In this document: positions 50,175 through 59,395 of the stretch, piece by piece
How the letters are laid out: each line of letters opens with the position of its first letter
Position numbering within the stretch: the stretch's first letter is position 1
Assembly: GCA_020241865.1 (NCBI GenBank)
Contig: GCA_020241865.1_4709.1
Reading direction: 5' to 3' (one strand)
Source of the DNA: a phage
DNA: 64,000 nucleotides
Position numbers and translations under genes: made by a program
The notes under the pieces: generated by a model
Told to the model about the DNA's origin: nothing
Seen by the model: the letters and a program-made list of their open reading frames with translations, nothing else
Databases searched by the model: none

Positions 50175-50732
50175 TTACTCCATCCATACTTCTTCGTCGT
50201 AATGATTTTCTATCGCATTACGCCAAAAACGCACGGTGTCCAAACTAATCGGTGCATAAAAATGCTGATCAACGCCGACATTAAGTCCGTTGGCCTTCGC
50301 TAACATACAGCGATGAATATGACCGAATAAATTAAAGTAGCCTGGGTTTCTTTCGCTGGGCTTATGGCAGAGCCAGTAGGATTCGTCATTGCTAATCGGT
50401 AGCACCAACGGATGTTCATAAACCGCAGCAAACCCCATACCGAGCAGTTTATCACGCCAAGCTTCGAAGCTTAACCCTGTTGCTCTGCATGCGTCTTCGT
50501 CCCAATTCCCCAATACCAATTGAACCTGGATATCAGAACGAATGGCTTCCACGAACTCGAACTTACCCCAATCACCTAAATGCCATAACACACTGTTCTT
50601 TGGAAGCTTATTGATGGCTTTCAGCATATGCTGGTTCATATCGGCGACGCTTGCGAACGGACGGCGTGAATACGTCCATGTACGCTCGCTATCAAAATGG
50701 GTATCCGATATAAAGAAGATGGGTGAGGTCAT
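50175..50732 (-). CDS. calcineurin-like metallophosphoesterase (Ser/Thr phosphatase-like)
   Basis: 185-aa ORF; ordered motifs DTHF (D-x-H), HLGDW (GD), GNWD (GNH(D/E)-like) and FGHIH (GH-x-H). Confidence 0.7.
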   Translation of the reverse strand: MTSPIFFISDTHFDSERTWTYSRRPFASVADMNQHMLKAINKLPKNSVLWHLGDWGKFEFVEAIRSDIQVQLVLGNWDEDACRATGLSFEAWRDKLLGMGFAAVYEHPLVLPISNDESYWLCHKPSERNPGYFNLFGHIHRCMLAKANGLNVGVDQHFYAPISLDTVRFWRNAIENHYDEEVWME

Positions 50733-51211
50733 TGATCTAATTGCTCCAGAAACGCACGACCCGATTTACTTGCTTTTAAATGCTGTTCTGCGGAAGTAAG
50801 CAGAAGATCGGTTGGTGTGAACGCAGCGCTACCTTTCCATGCTGTTTTCAGTTTACCCTTTTCGATACTGAACTGAATCAGTTGTTGGGTACCGAAGTTA
50901 AGCGTGTTCGTCGCGGCGCTAAATACACCACCAATCATGCTGTAACCAAAGACTTTCACATTTTCCGTGTAGAAGTCATTGTCGATCAGTTTGTTCTGGA
51001 GCTCGAGTTGGTCGGACGGCAGCAATCCCCCATCAAAGACACTTAAAATACCAGCCAGGCGATACATACTCACCTTTCCTGAAACGCCCACAACGTAATT
51101 GCCGTACAGGGTTTCTTCCAGTTTAGCAACAACGGTGCGATCGTCGGAGGTTTTCATCGAAACCTCAATACCATCACCAATTTCTGTTAACGTTAAATCA
51201 ACGATACTCAT
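50729..51211 (-). CDS. hypothetical protein
   Basis: 160-aa ORF, 4-nt overlap with the phosphoesterase gene. Confidence 0.45.
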   Translation of the reverse strand: MSIVDLTLTEIGDGIEVSMKTSDDRTVVAKLEETLYGNYVVGVSGKVSMYRLAGILSVFDGGLLPSDQLELQNKLIDNDFYTENVKVFGYSMIGGVFSAATNTLNFGTQQLIQFSIEKGKLKTAWKGSAAFTPTDLLLTSAEQHLKASKSGRAFLEQLDQ

Positions 51212-51233
51212 TCATTATTCTCCGCTTTCATGT

Positions 51234-51920
51234 TTAACACATGATTTCACCATGTTTCTTTTCGACATACGTATAAACATCATCCAAATAAGCAATGAGT
51301 TTATCACGATCCGCACAAAGCGATTTAATCGCCGCAATCTCTTTCATATAAAGCTGCTGACCTAACGCTGGATACGTAATCCAAGCGTAGCCGTCAGGCG
51401 CAAATTTAGAAATAAGATAATCGGCGGTTTCCTGTAATGCGAACTCTTTGCTCATCTGACCGTAACGATGTTCGATTGCGCGGATACCAAAACGTTCGCT
51501 ATCAAGACGACCCATATCCGCCAGACGAAGCACCTGAGAAGCAACCGAGCTGCGTGGACCAGAGTACGAGGCACGATGTTCAGCAATAAGTACACGTATC
51601 TCTTCGATGTCTTCCGGTGTGAAAATATGCTGCTCGTTACGAAGCAGAATAACCGACGCACGAATACCCCCGATAAGGTGGTGGTAGGTTCTGTTTTCAT
51701 GGCAAGCGATATCATGCATAAAAGCAGCTGTTAATAGACGGCGGCGTTCGGTAGGTCTAATAATCCCAACCACATCAGCAAGTTCATTTGCCAGTTCAAC
51801 AACAGCAAGCACATGTTCTTCTTGATGTGCAAGATCGTTCTTCCGAATATTTTCAATTACTTCAGCGCGTGTTTCCTGAGATAAGAAATTTAAACAATCC
51901 AACGAATATAAAGATTTCAT
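51234..51920 (-). CDS. HD-domain phosphohydrolase
   Basis: 228-aa ORF; H ... HD ... D pattern (EEHVLAV, AAFMHDIACH, RLADMGRLD). Confidence 0.5.
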   Translation of the reverse strand: MKSLYSLDCLNFLSQETRAEVIENIRKNDLAHQEEHVLAVVELANELADVVGIIRPTERRRLLTAAFMHDIACHENRTYHHLIGGIRASVILLRNEQHIFTPEDIEEIRVLIAEHRASYSGPRSSVASQVLRLADMGRLDSERFGIRAIEHRYGQMSKEFALQETADYLISKFAPDGYAWITYPALGQQLYMKEIAAIKSLCADRDKLIAYLDDVYTYVEKKHGEIMC

Positions 51921-51960
51921 CGCACGTACCTCTTTGAATCTATTAATAAATTTTCTTTAC

Positions 51961-51985
51961 TCACCTAAGTAATATAGCCGTGAAA
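51961..51985. promoter_or_regulatory. conserved 25-nt intergenic motif TCACCTAAGTAATATAGCCGTGAAA (copy 2), candidate phage promoter in a divergent region
   Basis: 24/25 identical to 21575..21599; 41 nt upstream of minus-strand start 51920 and 144 nt upstream of plus-strand start 52129. Confidence 0.45.
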
Positions 51986-52064
51986 GGATTTGTGTTGGCC
52001 CGTTTCGATGCCCATCGTATTTTATGGATTGTCGAATGACGTCATTTTAAGGGACATCCCCGGC

Positions 52065-52100
52065 CTCCTCCCCAGGAAAGGTGTGGGGAGGAGTTTTTAT
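52065..52100 (+). promoter_or_regulatory. terminator-like GC hairpin plus T5 tract in the 5' leader of the plus-strand helicase gene
   Basis: 9-bp stem CTCCTCCCC/GGGGAGGAG (52065-52073/52085-52093) followed by TTTTTAT; no plus-strand gene upstream, so an attenuator, insulator or leader structure is more likely than a gene-end terminator. Confidence 0.45.
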
Positions 52101-52128
52101 CATACATTCTATTAAATCGAGCGCGATT

Positions 52129-54210
52129 ATGTTGGATAGAATCAATCGTCTAATGAACCGAATAACGGTTAAAAATCAGAGTAACAATACCGTGCATATC
52201 GGGGGTATCGATGCCTGGCGTCTTTCAGATGACATTCAGCGAATATGGGGTACCTCCCGATTTATGAAACATATGTTTCGTAATTTCTCTTCTAGTGGAC
52301 TCAGCCTCCACAACTTTTACCTCCCCGATTTCGTTTATATTCTCGAGACGATCATCGAAGCAAAGAATACCCGCAGTAACAAACGCATGCTGAAACACCT
52401 TATTGAGGTACTGCTACAGGAAACCTGGTTGCAAAATACCACAATCGAGCAACCTGCAATCCTCGATAAAGCACGCATGAACAAAATGCTAACGCTCTCT
52501 TTGTTCGATTATCAAGATGAGTTTATCGACATCTATAACCGTAACGTACCTAAATATCGACTGAAAGGATACGTGTGCGCGATGGGTGCCGGTGCGGGTA
52601 AAACGATCACCGCGTTGGCATTAAGCGCCGCAATGAACGTCGATGTATTTGTGGTCTGCTGTCCTAAGAACACGATGCGTTCAGCATGGCAATCCGATGT
52701 ACACAAAGCCATCGTTGACCCTGCAACAGAAACCGCGTTCTGGTCAGATACGATGCCACCATCACAGCTGCAGAAAAGCGATAAGTACTATTTTCTGCAT
52801 TACGAATCGATGGGTTTATTAAACGATGTAATGATCAAGCATAAACGCACAGCGAAGCGCGTGTTGATCGTGGTTGATGAAAGCCATAACTTCAACGACA
52901 AGAACAGCCAACGTTCCCAACGACTGGTCGATCTCGTACAGACGATGCGTCAAACCATGAATGCGGATGTGCATGTCTTGTTTATGTCAGGTACGCCCGT
53001 TAAACAGATGGGTTCTGAGATGATCCCCTGTTTAGGTTGTATCGACCCGATGTTCCAAGGACAGGTGGTTGATAGCTTCAAAGCAATTTACGGTTTAACC
53101 AGCAGTCGCGCTAACGATATCCTCAGACATCGTCTTGGGTTCATGATGCATGTCGTACCTAAAGAAGCTTATCGTAAAACCCGGCCGGAAGTTCAGGATG
53201 TTTACGTGAAGCTCCCTAACGGTAGCGATTATACCATCTCAAGTATCCGCGACGACATGGCGATATTTGTACGCGATCGGGCGAAGTATTACAAGGATAA
53301 CTGGGGACACTACAGAAAGATTTTTGATGACGCCTTGGACTACTATCGTAAGACTATTCGTACCGACGGAGAACGTAAAGAGCTATCTCGATACGAATCG
53401 ATCGTCGCTCGTTTCCAGAAAGGTTACGATCCCGTCAGAGACAAAGAAGATGCGATGTTCTGCAATGCGTTTGAAAAACGTTCTATCATGCCGGTTCTTC
53501 CTTCCGATTTAAGGATTGCTTTCAAAGACGCCAAGAGTGTCATCAAGTACGTTGGGTTGAAAATTCAGGGTGAGGCGTTGGCCCGTGTTCTAGGTGCAGC
53601 CCGCATTCGGTGTCATGTCGATATGGTGGAGTACATCGACTTCGAGGGGTATATCAACAACGCTGAAGCCAAGGTGTTGATCTTCACGTCGTACGTTCAG
53701 GTGGTTGAGCGCGTCGACAACCTGCTTCGTGATGCGGGTTTCTTACCTGAACCCATTTACGGGAAGACCAACAAAAACATCAACCAGATACTTGCTCGCT
53801 TACGGGACGATCCTGACAGCGGTCCCGCTATCGCAACATTTGATAGTTTAGCTGAAGGGGTTCCAATGTTGATGTGTAACGTGGGTCTCTTCTTGAACAA
53901 TCCGTGGCGCTCATCCGATGAAATCCAGGCCATCAGCCGTCTCGACCGTGTAGGGCAAACACAACCCGTTCGGATTTATCGTTTCATGTTAGATACAGGA
54001 AGCGAGGGTAACGTTTCTACACGCAGCCACGAAATCATGGAGTTAAGCCGACAGCTTGTTGAAGAAATCACGGGTGTCAAATACGTGGTGAACAAGCAAG
54101 ACGATGTTAACTTGCAAGAAACGTTGGCGATGGAAGGATACGATCAATACGTTACCGTAAACACCACGGAATACGATATTAAACCACGACCTGCGTTCTT
54201 GGAATGGTGA
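52129..54210 (+). CDS. SNF2-family (SF2) helicase-like ATPase
   Basis: Walker A GAGAGKT, motif II DESH (VIVVDESHNF), motif III-like LFMSGTP, and SNF2-type motif VI QAISRLDRVGQ; start set at the first ATG after the leader hairpin (the track start is a GTG inside the hairpin). Confidence 0.7.
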   Translation: MLDRINRLMNRITVKNQSNNTVHIGGIDAWRLSDDIQRIWGTSRFMKHMFRNFSSSGLSLHNFYLPDFVYILETIIEAKNTRSNKRMLKHLIEVLLQETWLQNTTIEQPAILDKARMNKMLTLSLFDYQDEFIDIYNRNVPKYRLKGYVCAMGAGAGKTITALALSAAMNVDVFVVCCPKNTMRSAWQSDVHKAIVDPATETAFWSDTMPPSQLQKSDKYYFLHYESMGLLNDVMIKHKRTAKRVLIVVDESHNFNDKNSQRSQRLVDLVQTMRQTMNADVHVLFMSGTPVKQMGSEMIPCLGCIDPMFQGQVVDSFKAIYGLTSSRANDILRHRLGFMMHVVPKEAYRKTRPEVQDVYVKLPNGSDYTISSIRDDMAIFVRDRAKYYKDNWGHYRKIFDDALDYYRKTIRTDGERKELSRYESIVARFQKGYDPVRDKEDAMFCNAFEKRSIMPVLPSDLRIAFKDAKSVIKYVGLKIQGEALARVLGAARIRCHVDMVEYIDFEGYINNAEAKVLIFTSYVQVVERVDNLLRDAGFLPEPIYGKTNKNINQILARLRDDPDSGPAIATFDSLAEGVPMLMCNVGLFLNNPWRSSDEIQAISRLDRVGQTQPVRIYRFMLDTGSEGNVSTRSHEIMELSRQLVEEITGVKYVVNKQDDVNLQETLAMEGYDQYVTVNTTEYDIKPRPAFLEW

Positions 54211-54215
54211 TTAAG

Positions 54216-54250
54216 AAGCTCTGCCTGACATCAGGCAGAGCTTTATGCTG
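54216..54250 (+). terminator. hairpin immediately after the helicase stop, followed by TTTATGCTGTAT and a 22-codon mini-ORF
   Basis: 10-12-bp stem GCTCTGCCTG/CAGGCAGAGC; downstream ATG at 54245 opens an ORF (MLYLLQDRMTYMRCIYLIRQNK) whose TGA overlaps the ATG of the fibre gene at 54310. Confidence 0.55.
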
Positions 54251-54309
54251 TATTTGTTGCAAGATCGTATGACGTATATGCGTTGTATTTATTTAATAAG
54301 GCAGAATAA

Positions 54310-55764
54310 ATGAAACTTAAACAAAGCTGGAAAGACGAACTTCTCGCGTTAGTAAACAGCAAAAACAGTTTACAACTGACATTAGACGATGTAAAATTTG
54401 AACTAACGGCACCGGTAAGCGAAGTGCCTGGAACGGTCGTTGTTACAATCAAACCGAACGATAATAGTCGCTACTTTAACGAGCAGTCTCTGACCTACAT
54501 CCGTCGAGACATCGCTAAAAACTTCACTGGGATCCCGTTACGGGTCATCGTTAAAAAAGATACCGCTGTAAGGGATATCATCAATACGATTGCTGAACGT
54601 TACGGATTGGTATTTGACACAGCCGTCGACTTCCTCGAATCCGAGCTGAATAAACAAATTACGTTCGCAGACACCGGTATTAAAGACATTACGGTTCCGG
54701 TTGCAAACACGTCTTATGTTTGGGCGGGTAATCTTCAGTTCAATATTGCTAACGATACGTTAAGCTTGATTACTATCATCAAGAAAACCGATCTTACGAA
54801 TCTGGTTTATCTGGATGGTGTTGAAGCTGACACATCTGGTTCGTTACTATTAGCAACCGCAGCACTTGTTAACGAACACGTAAATGAACCGATGGTTGAA
54901 AACGAAGATATCGTTAATGAATTTATTAACGTTCTTAATACTCTAGCCAAATATGGTGACATAACCGGCGATGAATTAGATGCCGCCTTACAAGCGTACG
55001 ATGAAGCAGAAAACAGGAATAAAACCACGGTAATAACTCTTGGTGATATCCAGTGTGTTGCAACAGAAAAAGACGATTGGGAAATTGGACGTTTACGCGG
55101 TCAGATGGTTCTCGCGCTCAAATCCGATAAATACCCGGAGCCCGATAACACGTTCAGGTTGTTTACGAATGGTGGTGACGTATCGCTAACGTTAAACACA
55201 ATGAAAGATATAAGTATCGATTGGGGTGATGGGAATAAAGTAACGTTGGATGCTGAAGAAAGATACGCGCACCACACATACGCCGACAATAACCAGTACC
55301 AAATCGAAATTGTGTCTCGTACGGACCCAGATGTGCTGCGACCAAATTATATTTCTGGGAGTGAGATAACCGAAGTAATTCACTGGGCTACTACTTCAAC
55401 AATAGCTCTGAATTTTGTTGGATGCGATAATTTAGCGACTGTTCCAGATGAGATCCCAACTTCGTGGACAACGTTGGACAGCATGTTTGAAAGTTGTACG
55501 AATTTGAATGATCCGTCTATCTCTAACTGGAATACAAGTAACATCACATCAATGAATGGTATGTTCGGCGGATGCACTAAATTTAACCAACCTTTAGCTG
55601 CCTGGGATGTCAGCTCAGTAACTGACATTGGTGGTATGTTTAACGGATGCAACAGTTTTAACCAAGATTTAAGTGGGTGGCGATTACCGTCAGGAGTAAC
55701 CCACGACAATTACGATAGTGGTGCTTTCTCGTGGCAGACGGAACATAAACCGACGTTCCAGTAA
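54310..55764 (+). CDS. tail fibre with shared N-terminal anchor module and C-terminal DUF285 (BspA-like) repeats, displaced from the main fibre locus
   Basis: 484-aa ORF; N-terminus SWKDELLALVNSKNSLQLT ... YIRRDIAKNFTGIPLRVIV ... YGLVFDTAVDFL; C-terminus FESCTNLNDPSISNWNTSNITSMNGMF, WDVSSVTDIGGMFNGCNSFNQDLSGW. Confidence 0.75.
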   Translation: MKLKQSWKDELLALVNSKNSLQLTLDDVKFELTAPVSEVPGTVVVTIKPNDNSRYFNEQSLTYIRRDIAKNFTGIPLRVIVKKDTAVRDIINTIAERYGLVFDTAVDFLESELNKQITFADTGIKDITVPVANTSYVWAGNLQFNIANDTLSLITIIKKTDLTNLVYLDGVEADTSGSLLLATAALVNEHVNEPMVENEDIVNEFINVLNTLAKYGDITGDELDAALQAYDEAENRNKTTVITLGDIQCVATEKDDWEIGRLRGQMVLALKSDKYPEPDNTFRLFTNGGDVSLTLNTMKDISIDWGDGNKVTLDAEERYAHHTYADNNQYQIEIVSRTDPDVLRPNYISGSEITEVIHWATTSTIALNFVGCDNLATVPDEIPTSWTTLDSMFESCTNLNDPSISNWNTSNITSMNGMFGGCTKFNQPLAAWDVSSVTDIGGMFNGCNSFNQDLSGWRLPSGVTHDNYDSGAFSWQTEHKPTFQ

Positions 55765-55818
55765 AAAAAAAAATAGTTAGCATATCTTCCTCCCTACCCA
55801 TAACGGGCGGGGAGGAAG
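55763..55818. terminator. bidirectional terminator between convergent genes (A11 tract plus GC hairpin plus GTTTTATGG)
   Basis: A11 at 55763-55773 (U11 for minus-strand transcripts), then stem CTTCCTCCC/GGGAGGAAG (55786-55794/55810-55818) with an inner CCC/GGG pair, followed by T-rich sequence on plus. Confidence 0.7.
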
Positions 55819-55836
55819 GTTTTATGGCGTTATGAC

Positions 55837-56175
55837 TTAGAACCAGAGTTCTTTCATGAAGTAGGCTTCCGTATCGTAGATAAGCCACTCATCAGGGATT
55901 TCTAAAGGATCGTCTTCGGTTAAGGTGAGCATGTGCAGGGCGAACGCACGCTTAATATCTTCCAACAGCTTATCATCACCGTAACCTTCGGGTAGTTTAC
56001 GGTCAGCCAGCTGAGTTTGTTTATAGACATCGCGGAACGCTTCAGGGCTGTGTTTATCCATCGGAAATTGTTCAGCAGCCTGAACCATAGAAAGCGTCCA
56101 GCTTACAACATTGTAACGCTCACCGTTAATTTCACTGAACTTATCATCGATTAAACAGATTTGTTGTATATTCAT
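55837..56175 (-). CDS. hypothetical protein
   Basis: 112-aa ORF; ATGA overlap with the upstream gene. Confidence 0.45.
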   Translation of the reverse strand: MNIQQICLIDDKFSEINGERYNVVSWTLSMVQAAEQFPMDKHSPEAFRDVYKQTQLADRKLPEGYGDDKLLEDIKRAFALHMLTLTEDDPLEIPDEWLIYDTEAYFMKELWF

Positions 56176-57065
56176 TCATTTTCTCCATTCTTATCTTGGT
56201 CGCAATCGCACTCTTCGACGTCTTTCTTACTTAAACGTAAGACACCGAGTGCGGCATGCTTGAGTTCTTGCAACGCGCTTTTCAGCTGACCTTCTTCATC
56301 GAAATCAAAATACTTCTCGTTGTAGCTTAATGCTGGAATCATATTTACGAGAGGCTCGATGGCAGGCATCAACATTTCGATGACGACCTTAGGATCAACA
56401 AAGCGATCGAACCCTTCAGGAAGTTTGCTCGCTACAACCTTATCGTTCTTGATGAAGAATTTGTTCTTGAACAAATCGTCAAGAATAGCGTTCTCTTCAT
56501 CCGTACGTTTTGCGTGGGGACGATCGATCATCTGAACGAAAACACCACTCAACGCTTCAGGCAAAGTCGGATTTTCACGAAGAGAAGTTCCAGCCGGAAT
56601 TTCAATATCGATCTTTGCCCACTCAACAACCTGGTGATCTCGTGTGTAGATAACGTCTACTTCCCACGCCAGGCCGTCCGGACTTTCCACGGTGTAACGT
56701 GTTTTCGCTTGACCTTCCGGAGCCATACGCTCAATGGCATCAAACATCTCGACTGGAATTTCTACCTCGCTTTCCGTTGCATCACCTGGACCACGATACA
56801 CCTTCGTGGTCATGATGTATTTCGGTTCTTCGTTATCGATCTGTATAGCTCGTGCTCGTACTTGACCTTTCACACCACCAACGGCCGTGTTATCAAACAA
56901 CCATTGATGTTGCACCATATGTTCAATTTTTGATGCTACTTGACGAAGACGTTCAACACCATCCTCAGCCAGTTTGCCAAAGAAGACCAACTCACGTTCC
57001 TGCTGTGTCTCACCACTTAACATCATTAAATTGGCGATTTGTTTCACGCCTCTTACTTTTGACAT
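56172..57065 (-). CDS. hypothetical protein (acidic C-terminus)
   Basis: 297-aa ORF; start preceded by GGAG; no motif recognised. Confidence 0.5.
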   Translation of the reverse strand: MSKVRGVKQIANLMMLSGETQQERELVFFGKLAEDGVERLRQVASKIEHMVQHQWLFDNTAVGGVKGQVRARAIQIDNEEPKYIMTTKVYRGPGDATESEVEIPVEMFDAIERMAPEGQAKTRYTVESPDGLAWEVDVIYTRDHQVVEWAKIDIEIPAGTSLRENPTLPEALSGVFVQMIDRPHAKRTDEENAILDDLFKNKFFIKNDKVVASKLPEGFDRFVDPKVVIEMLMPAIEPLVNMIPALSYNEKYFDFDEEGQLKSALQELKHAALGVLRLSKKDVEECDCDQDKNGENE

Positions 57066-57133
57066 ACATGCTCCGGTTATAAGGGCCTGCTTCGAGGCCC
57101 TTCATTGATTTTTGATTCCACCAAACGCTATCG

Positions 57134-59395
57134 TTACAATTCAAAATCTTCATCGATAACGCGCTGGGTAAGCACTTTGTCGCTGAAGAACTCCACCTTG
57201 CGCTGATGGTATTTACGATGTGCTTCTATCGAAGTACATACCAGATACCAGAACGTTGGTGTCATTCCTTCAAACTTCCCTTTCAGCTGACGTAGCCGTC
57301 CCAACACCTGAATGTTACCGGTTCGTGACCCCATCGCTAACGTCATGAACGTCATCACCAAGTCAGGAAGGTCGATGCCCGTACCTGCCGATTTCACGGT
57401 TGTAACGCTAATATCGTTATCCAACAAGACCATGAAATCTTCTTCAGCAGTATAAGGACCAATCTCTAACTCAGGAATACGTTCACTGAGATAATGCGAC
57501 AACGACTTACACATATCGACGGTTGCACAATACACCAGCATCTTCATACCTTCCTGATACTGGTTCATGAAACCTTTGATTATAACGGTATAGATGAAGT
57601 TAAAGTACGCGAGTTTGAGTTGCTTGTTCTTCATGATAGACTGTTCGAATATCGTGTGAGAATAAGAACCCCCAAAGCCTTTGTATCTGACTTTATCTGT
57701 ACTGCGTAGTCGATACGTCACGGCATTTACCGCAATGTATTTCTTGTATTCGCCTTTTGCATAACGGGCTTCTTTCGGATACATCAAATACAACATCCGC
57801 TCGATGAATGGATCGTCGGACACCGCCGTTGCTGACAGATAGATGATTTCCGGAATACTAGCGTAACACTTGACCTTAAACAAGAAATGCAATGCTTCAT
57901 GGCACTCGTCATGAATCAGAAGGCCTATGCCGGTCTTTTCCCAAAACTCGGCGGGATGGAAGGCATATGGCGCAACGCAGTTATTCTTCTCGTAGTCCGC
58001 AATATAACGTTGGAACATGTTCAAGGAGAACAATGCGATTTTGAAGTCGAGTTCACCTTGTTCAACCAAGGTTTGAAACTCCAACATACTGTAACGAGGA
58101 ATGTCGGGATGCGGTGGATCCTCCTTAGCGTTCCCGCGTATCTCGATAACATCCCCTGGTTCCATCCCGAAGAAGTTCAGCAGTGAGCTTCGCCAACCTG
58201 GCATATACCGCGGAGAAAGTATAATACCTGTGCGTACACCCCGCCTAAACACGATTTCCTGCGACATCGCGGTGTTATGCGTGACGATGTGGTCTTTAAT
58301 AACATAAAGGCTTTCGTCATTGTCCACCGTGATACAACGTGCTTTCGATTTCACCGTCGGCACGATGCTATCAATCGCTAAACCAGGAAGTCGGTTAACG
58401 GGGAGATCGTCTGGAATCTCAATGTCGTCAGGAATAAGCTTACGCAAATCGGAATGGTAAATTAATGTCACCATTATGTAACTATCAATGGGGTATTTAT
58501 ACGCAATTCCTCCTAACTGATAAGCCAACTCCCAGACCTTGGCTGTTATCTGCGAATTGACGGTTCTGACCGCAAGGTGAGCTTCCCCGTTTTTGATTCT
58601 CAGTTCACAACGACCTTTGATTACCGCCTTAAATTCCTCGAGACCGACGAGTTCTTTCGGTTCGTAAAGTCGGATTCTTACTGGACGAGATCGAGCAGGT
58701 CTGTCGTAAATACATTCCATGATTTCGTCCGTACTGAGAACTTTATCAGGGTCAGTACACTGCCAGAGATGATCACCACACGCTTCAACCATCCTACCGT
58801 CCTCAAAGAAGATAGCATAAAGCTGAATATCGTCATGATCAAATATAGCGGTTACGTTCGTCGGTAACCCATCCGCACCAATAACCTGATCCCCTAACTG
58901 AAGCTCGCCAATCGGCTTCCAACCGCCTGGAACCTTCACAGGTGTATTAAGCGGAATTGCTTTTCCTGACCCTGTTTGAGCGGTGTTTAGGCTCATTCTG
59001 AAGGGGGTATCCTTACCCCCGTCCATGTACTCCAACCATTCTTGCTGATCTTGACGCCATGGAAACTTCCATTTCTTTACGAACTCCACTTCTTTACCTG
59101 GTACCGGATCGTGATAGACGATTTCCAACCACTCTTTTCGTATCCCTCGAGAAAAGATAAAATCCAAAAACGATTTCAACTGTTCACGGAGTAAGTATAC
59201 CTCGCTATAATCGCTTCTTGCCGCGGCATACGTGTTTATGGTATCGGTAACCATTCTCCGTGTACGAGGGTCACGCCGTTTCCTCAGATGCAAACAACGG
59301 TCTCGAAGGTAATGGCCGATAAGATGGGCAAATCGAAGTCCGTATCCGCTCAGCCTCATGCCATGCGAGAAGACGTCGATACGAGCTAACTTCAT
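57134..59395 (-). CDS. SF2 DExH-box helicase/ATPase interrupted by an in-frame intein in the Walker A motif
   Basis: 753-aa ORF; Walker A is split as TGSGK / intein / T, which would read TGSGKT after splicing; motif II LLIHDECHEA downstream; start overlaps the stop of the upstream gene (ATGA). Confidence 0.75.
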   Translation of the reverse strand: MKLARIDVFSHGMRLSGYGLRFAHLIGHYLRDRCLHLRKRRDPRTRRMVTDTINTYAAARSDYSEVYLLREQLKSFLDFIFSRGIRKEWLEIVYHDPVPGKEVEFVKKWKFPWRQDQQEWLEYMDGGKDTPFRMSLNTAQTGSGKAIPLNTPVKVPGGWKPIGELQLGDQVIGADGLPTNVTAIFDHDDIQLYAIFFEDGRMVEACGDHLWQCTDPDKVLSTDEIMECIYDRPARSRPVRIRLYEPKELVGLEEFKAVIKGRCELRIKNGEAHLAVRTVNSQITAKVWELAYQLGGIAYKYPIDSYIMVTLIYHSDLRKLIPDDIEIPDDLPVNRLPGLAIDSIVPTVKSKARCITVDNDESLYVIKDHIVTHNTAMSQEIVFRRGVRTGIILSPRYMPGWRSSLLNFFGMEPGDVIEIRGNAKEDPPHPDIPRYSMLEFQTLVEQGELDFKIALFSLNMFQRYIADYEKNNCVAPYAFHPAEFWEKTGIGLLIHDECHEALHFLFKVKCYASIPEIIYLSATAVSDDPFIERMLYLMYPKEARYAKGEYKKYIAVNAVTYRLRSTDKVRYKGFGGSYSHTIFEQSIMKNKQLKLAYFNFIYTVIIKGFMNQYQEGMKMLVYCATVDMCKSLSHYLSERIPELEIGPYTAEEDFMVLLDNDISVTTVKSAGTGIDLPDLVMTFMTLAMGSRTGNIQVLGRLRQLKGKFEGMTPTFWYLVCTSIEAHRKYHQRKVEFFSDKVLTQRVIDEDFEL
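58274..58960 (-). mobile_element. intein (about 229 aa, Ala1 ... His-Asn, +1 Thr) inserted in the helicase P-loop
   Basis: Begins AIPLNTPVKVPGGWKPIGELQLGDQVIG (Hint block A-like) and ends ITVDNDESLYVIKDHIVTHN followed by T (blocks F/G with terminal HN); no LAGLIDADG or HNH motif recognised in the middle. Confidence 0.7.

Noticed and set aside
52081-52128. GTG-initiated N-terminal extension of the SNF2-like helicase ORF
   Set aside because: The extension is the translation of the leader hairpin and T-tract (MWGGVFII); the first ATG at 52129 is the more plausible start.
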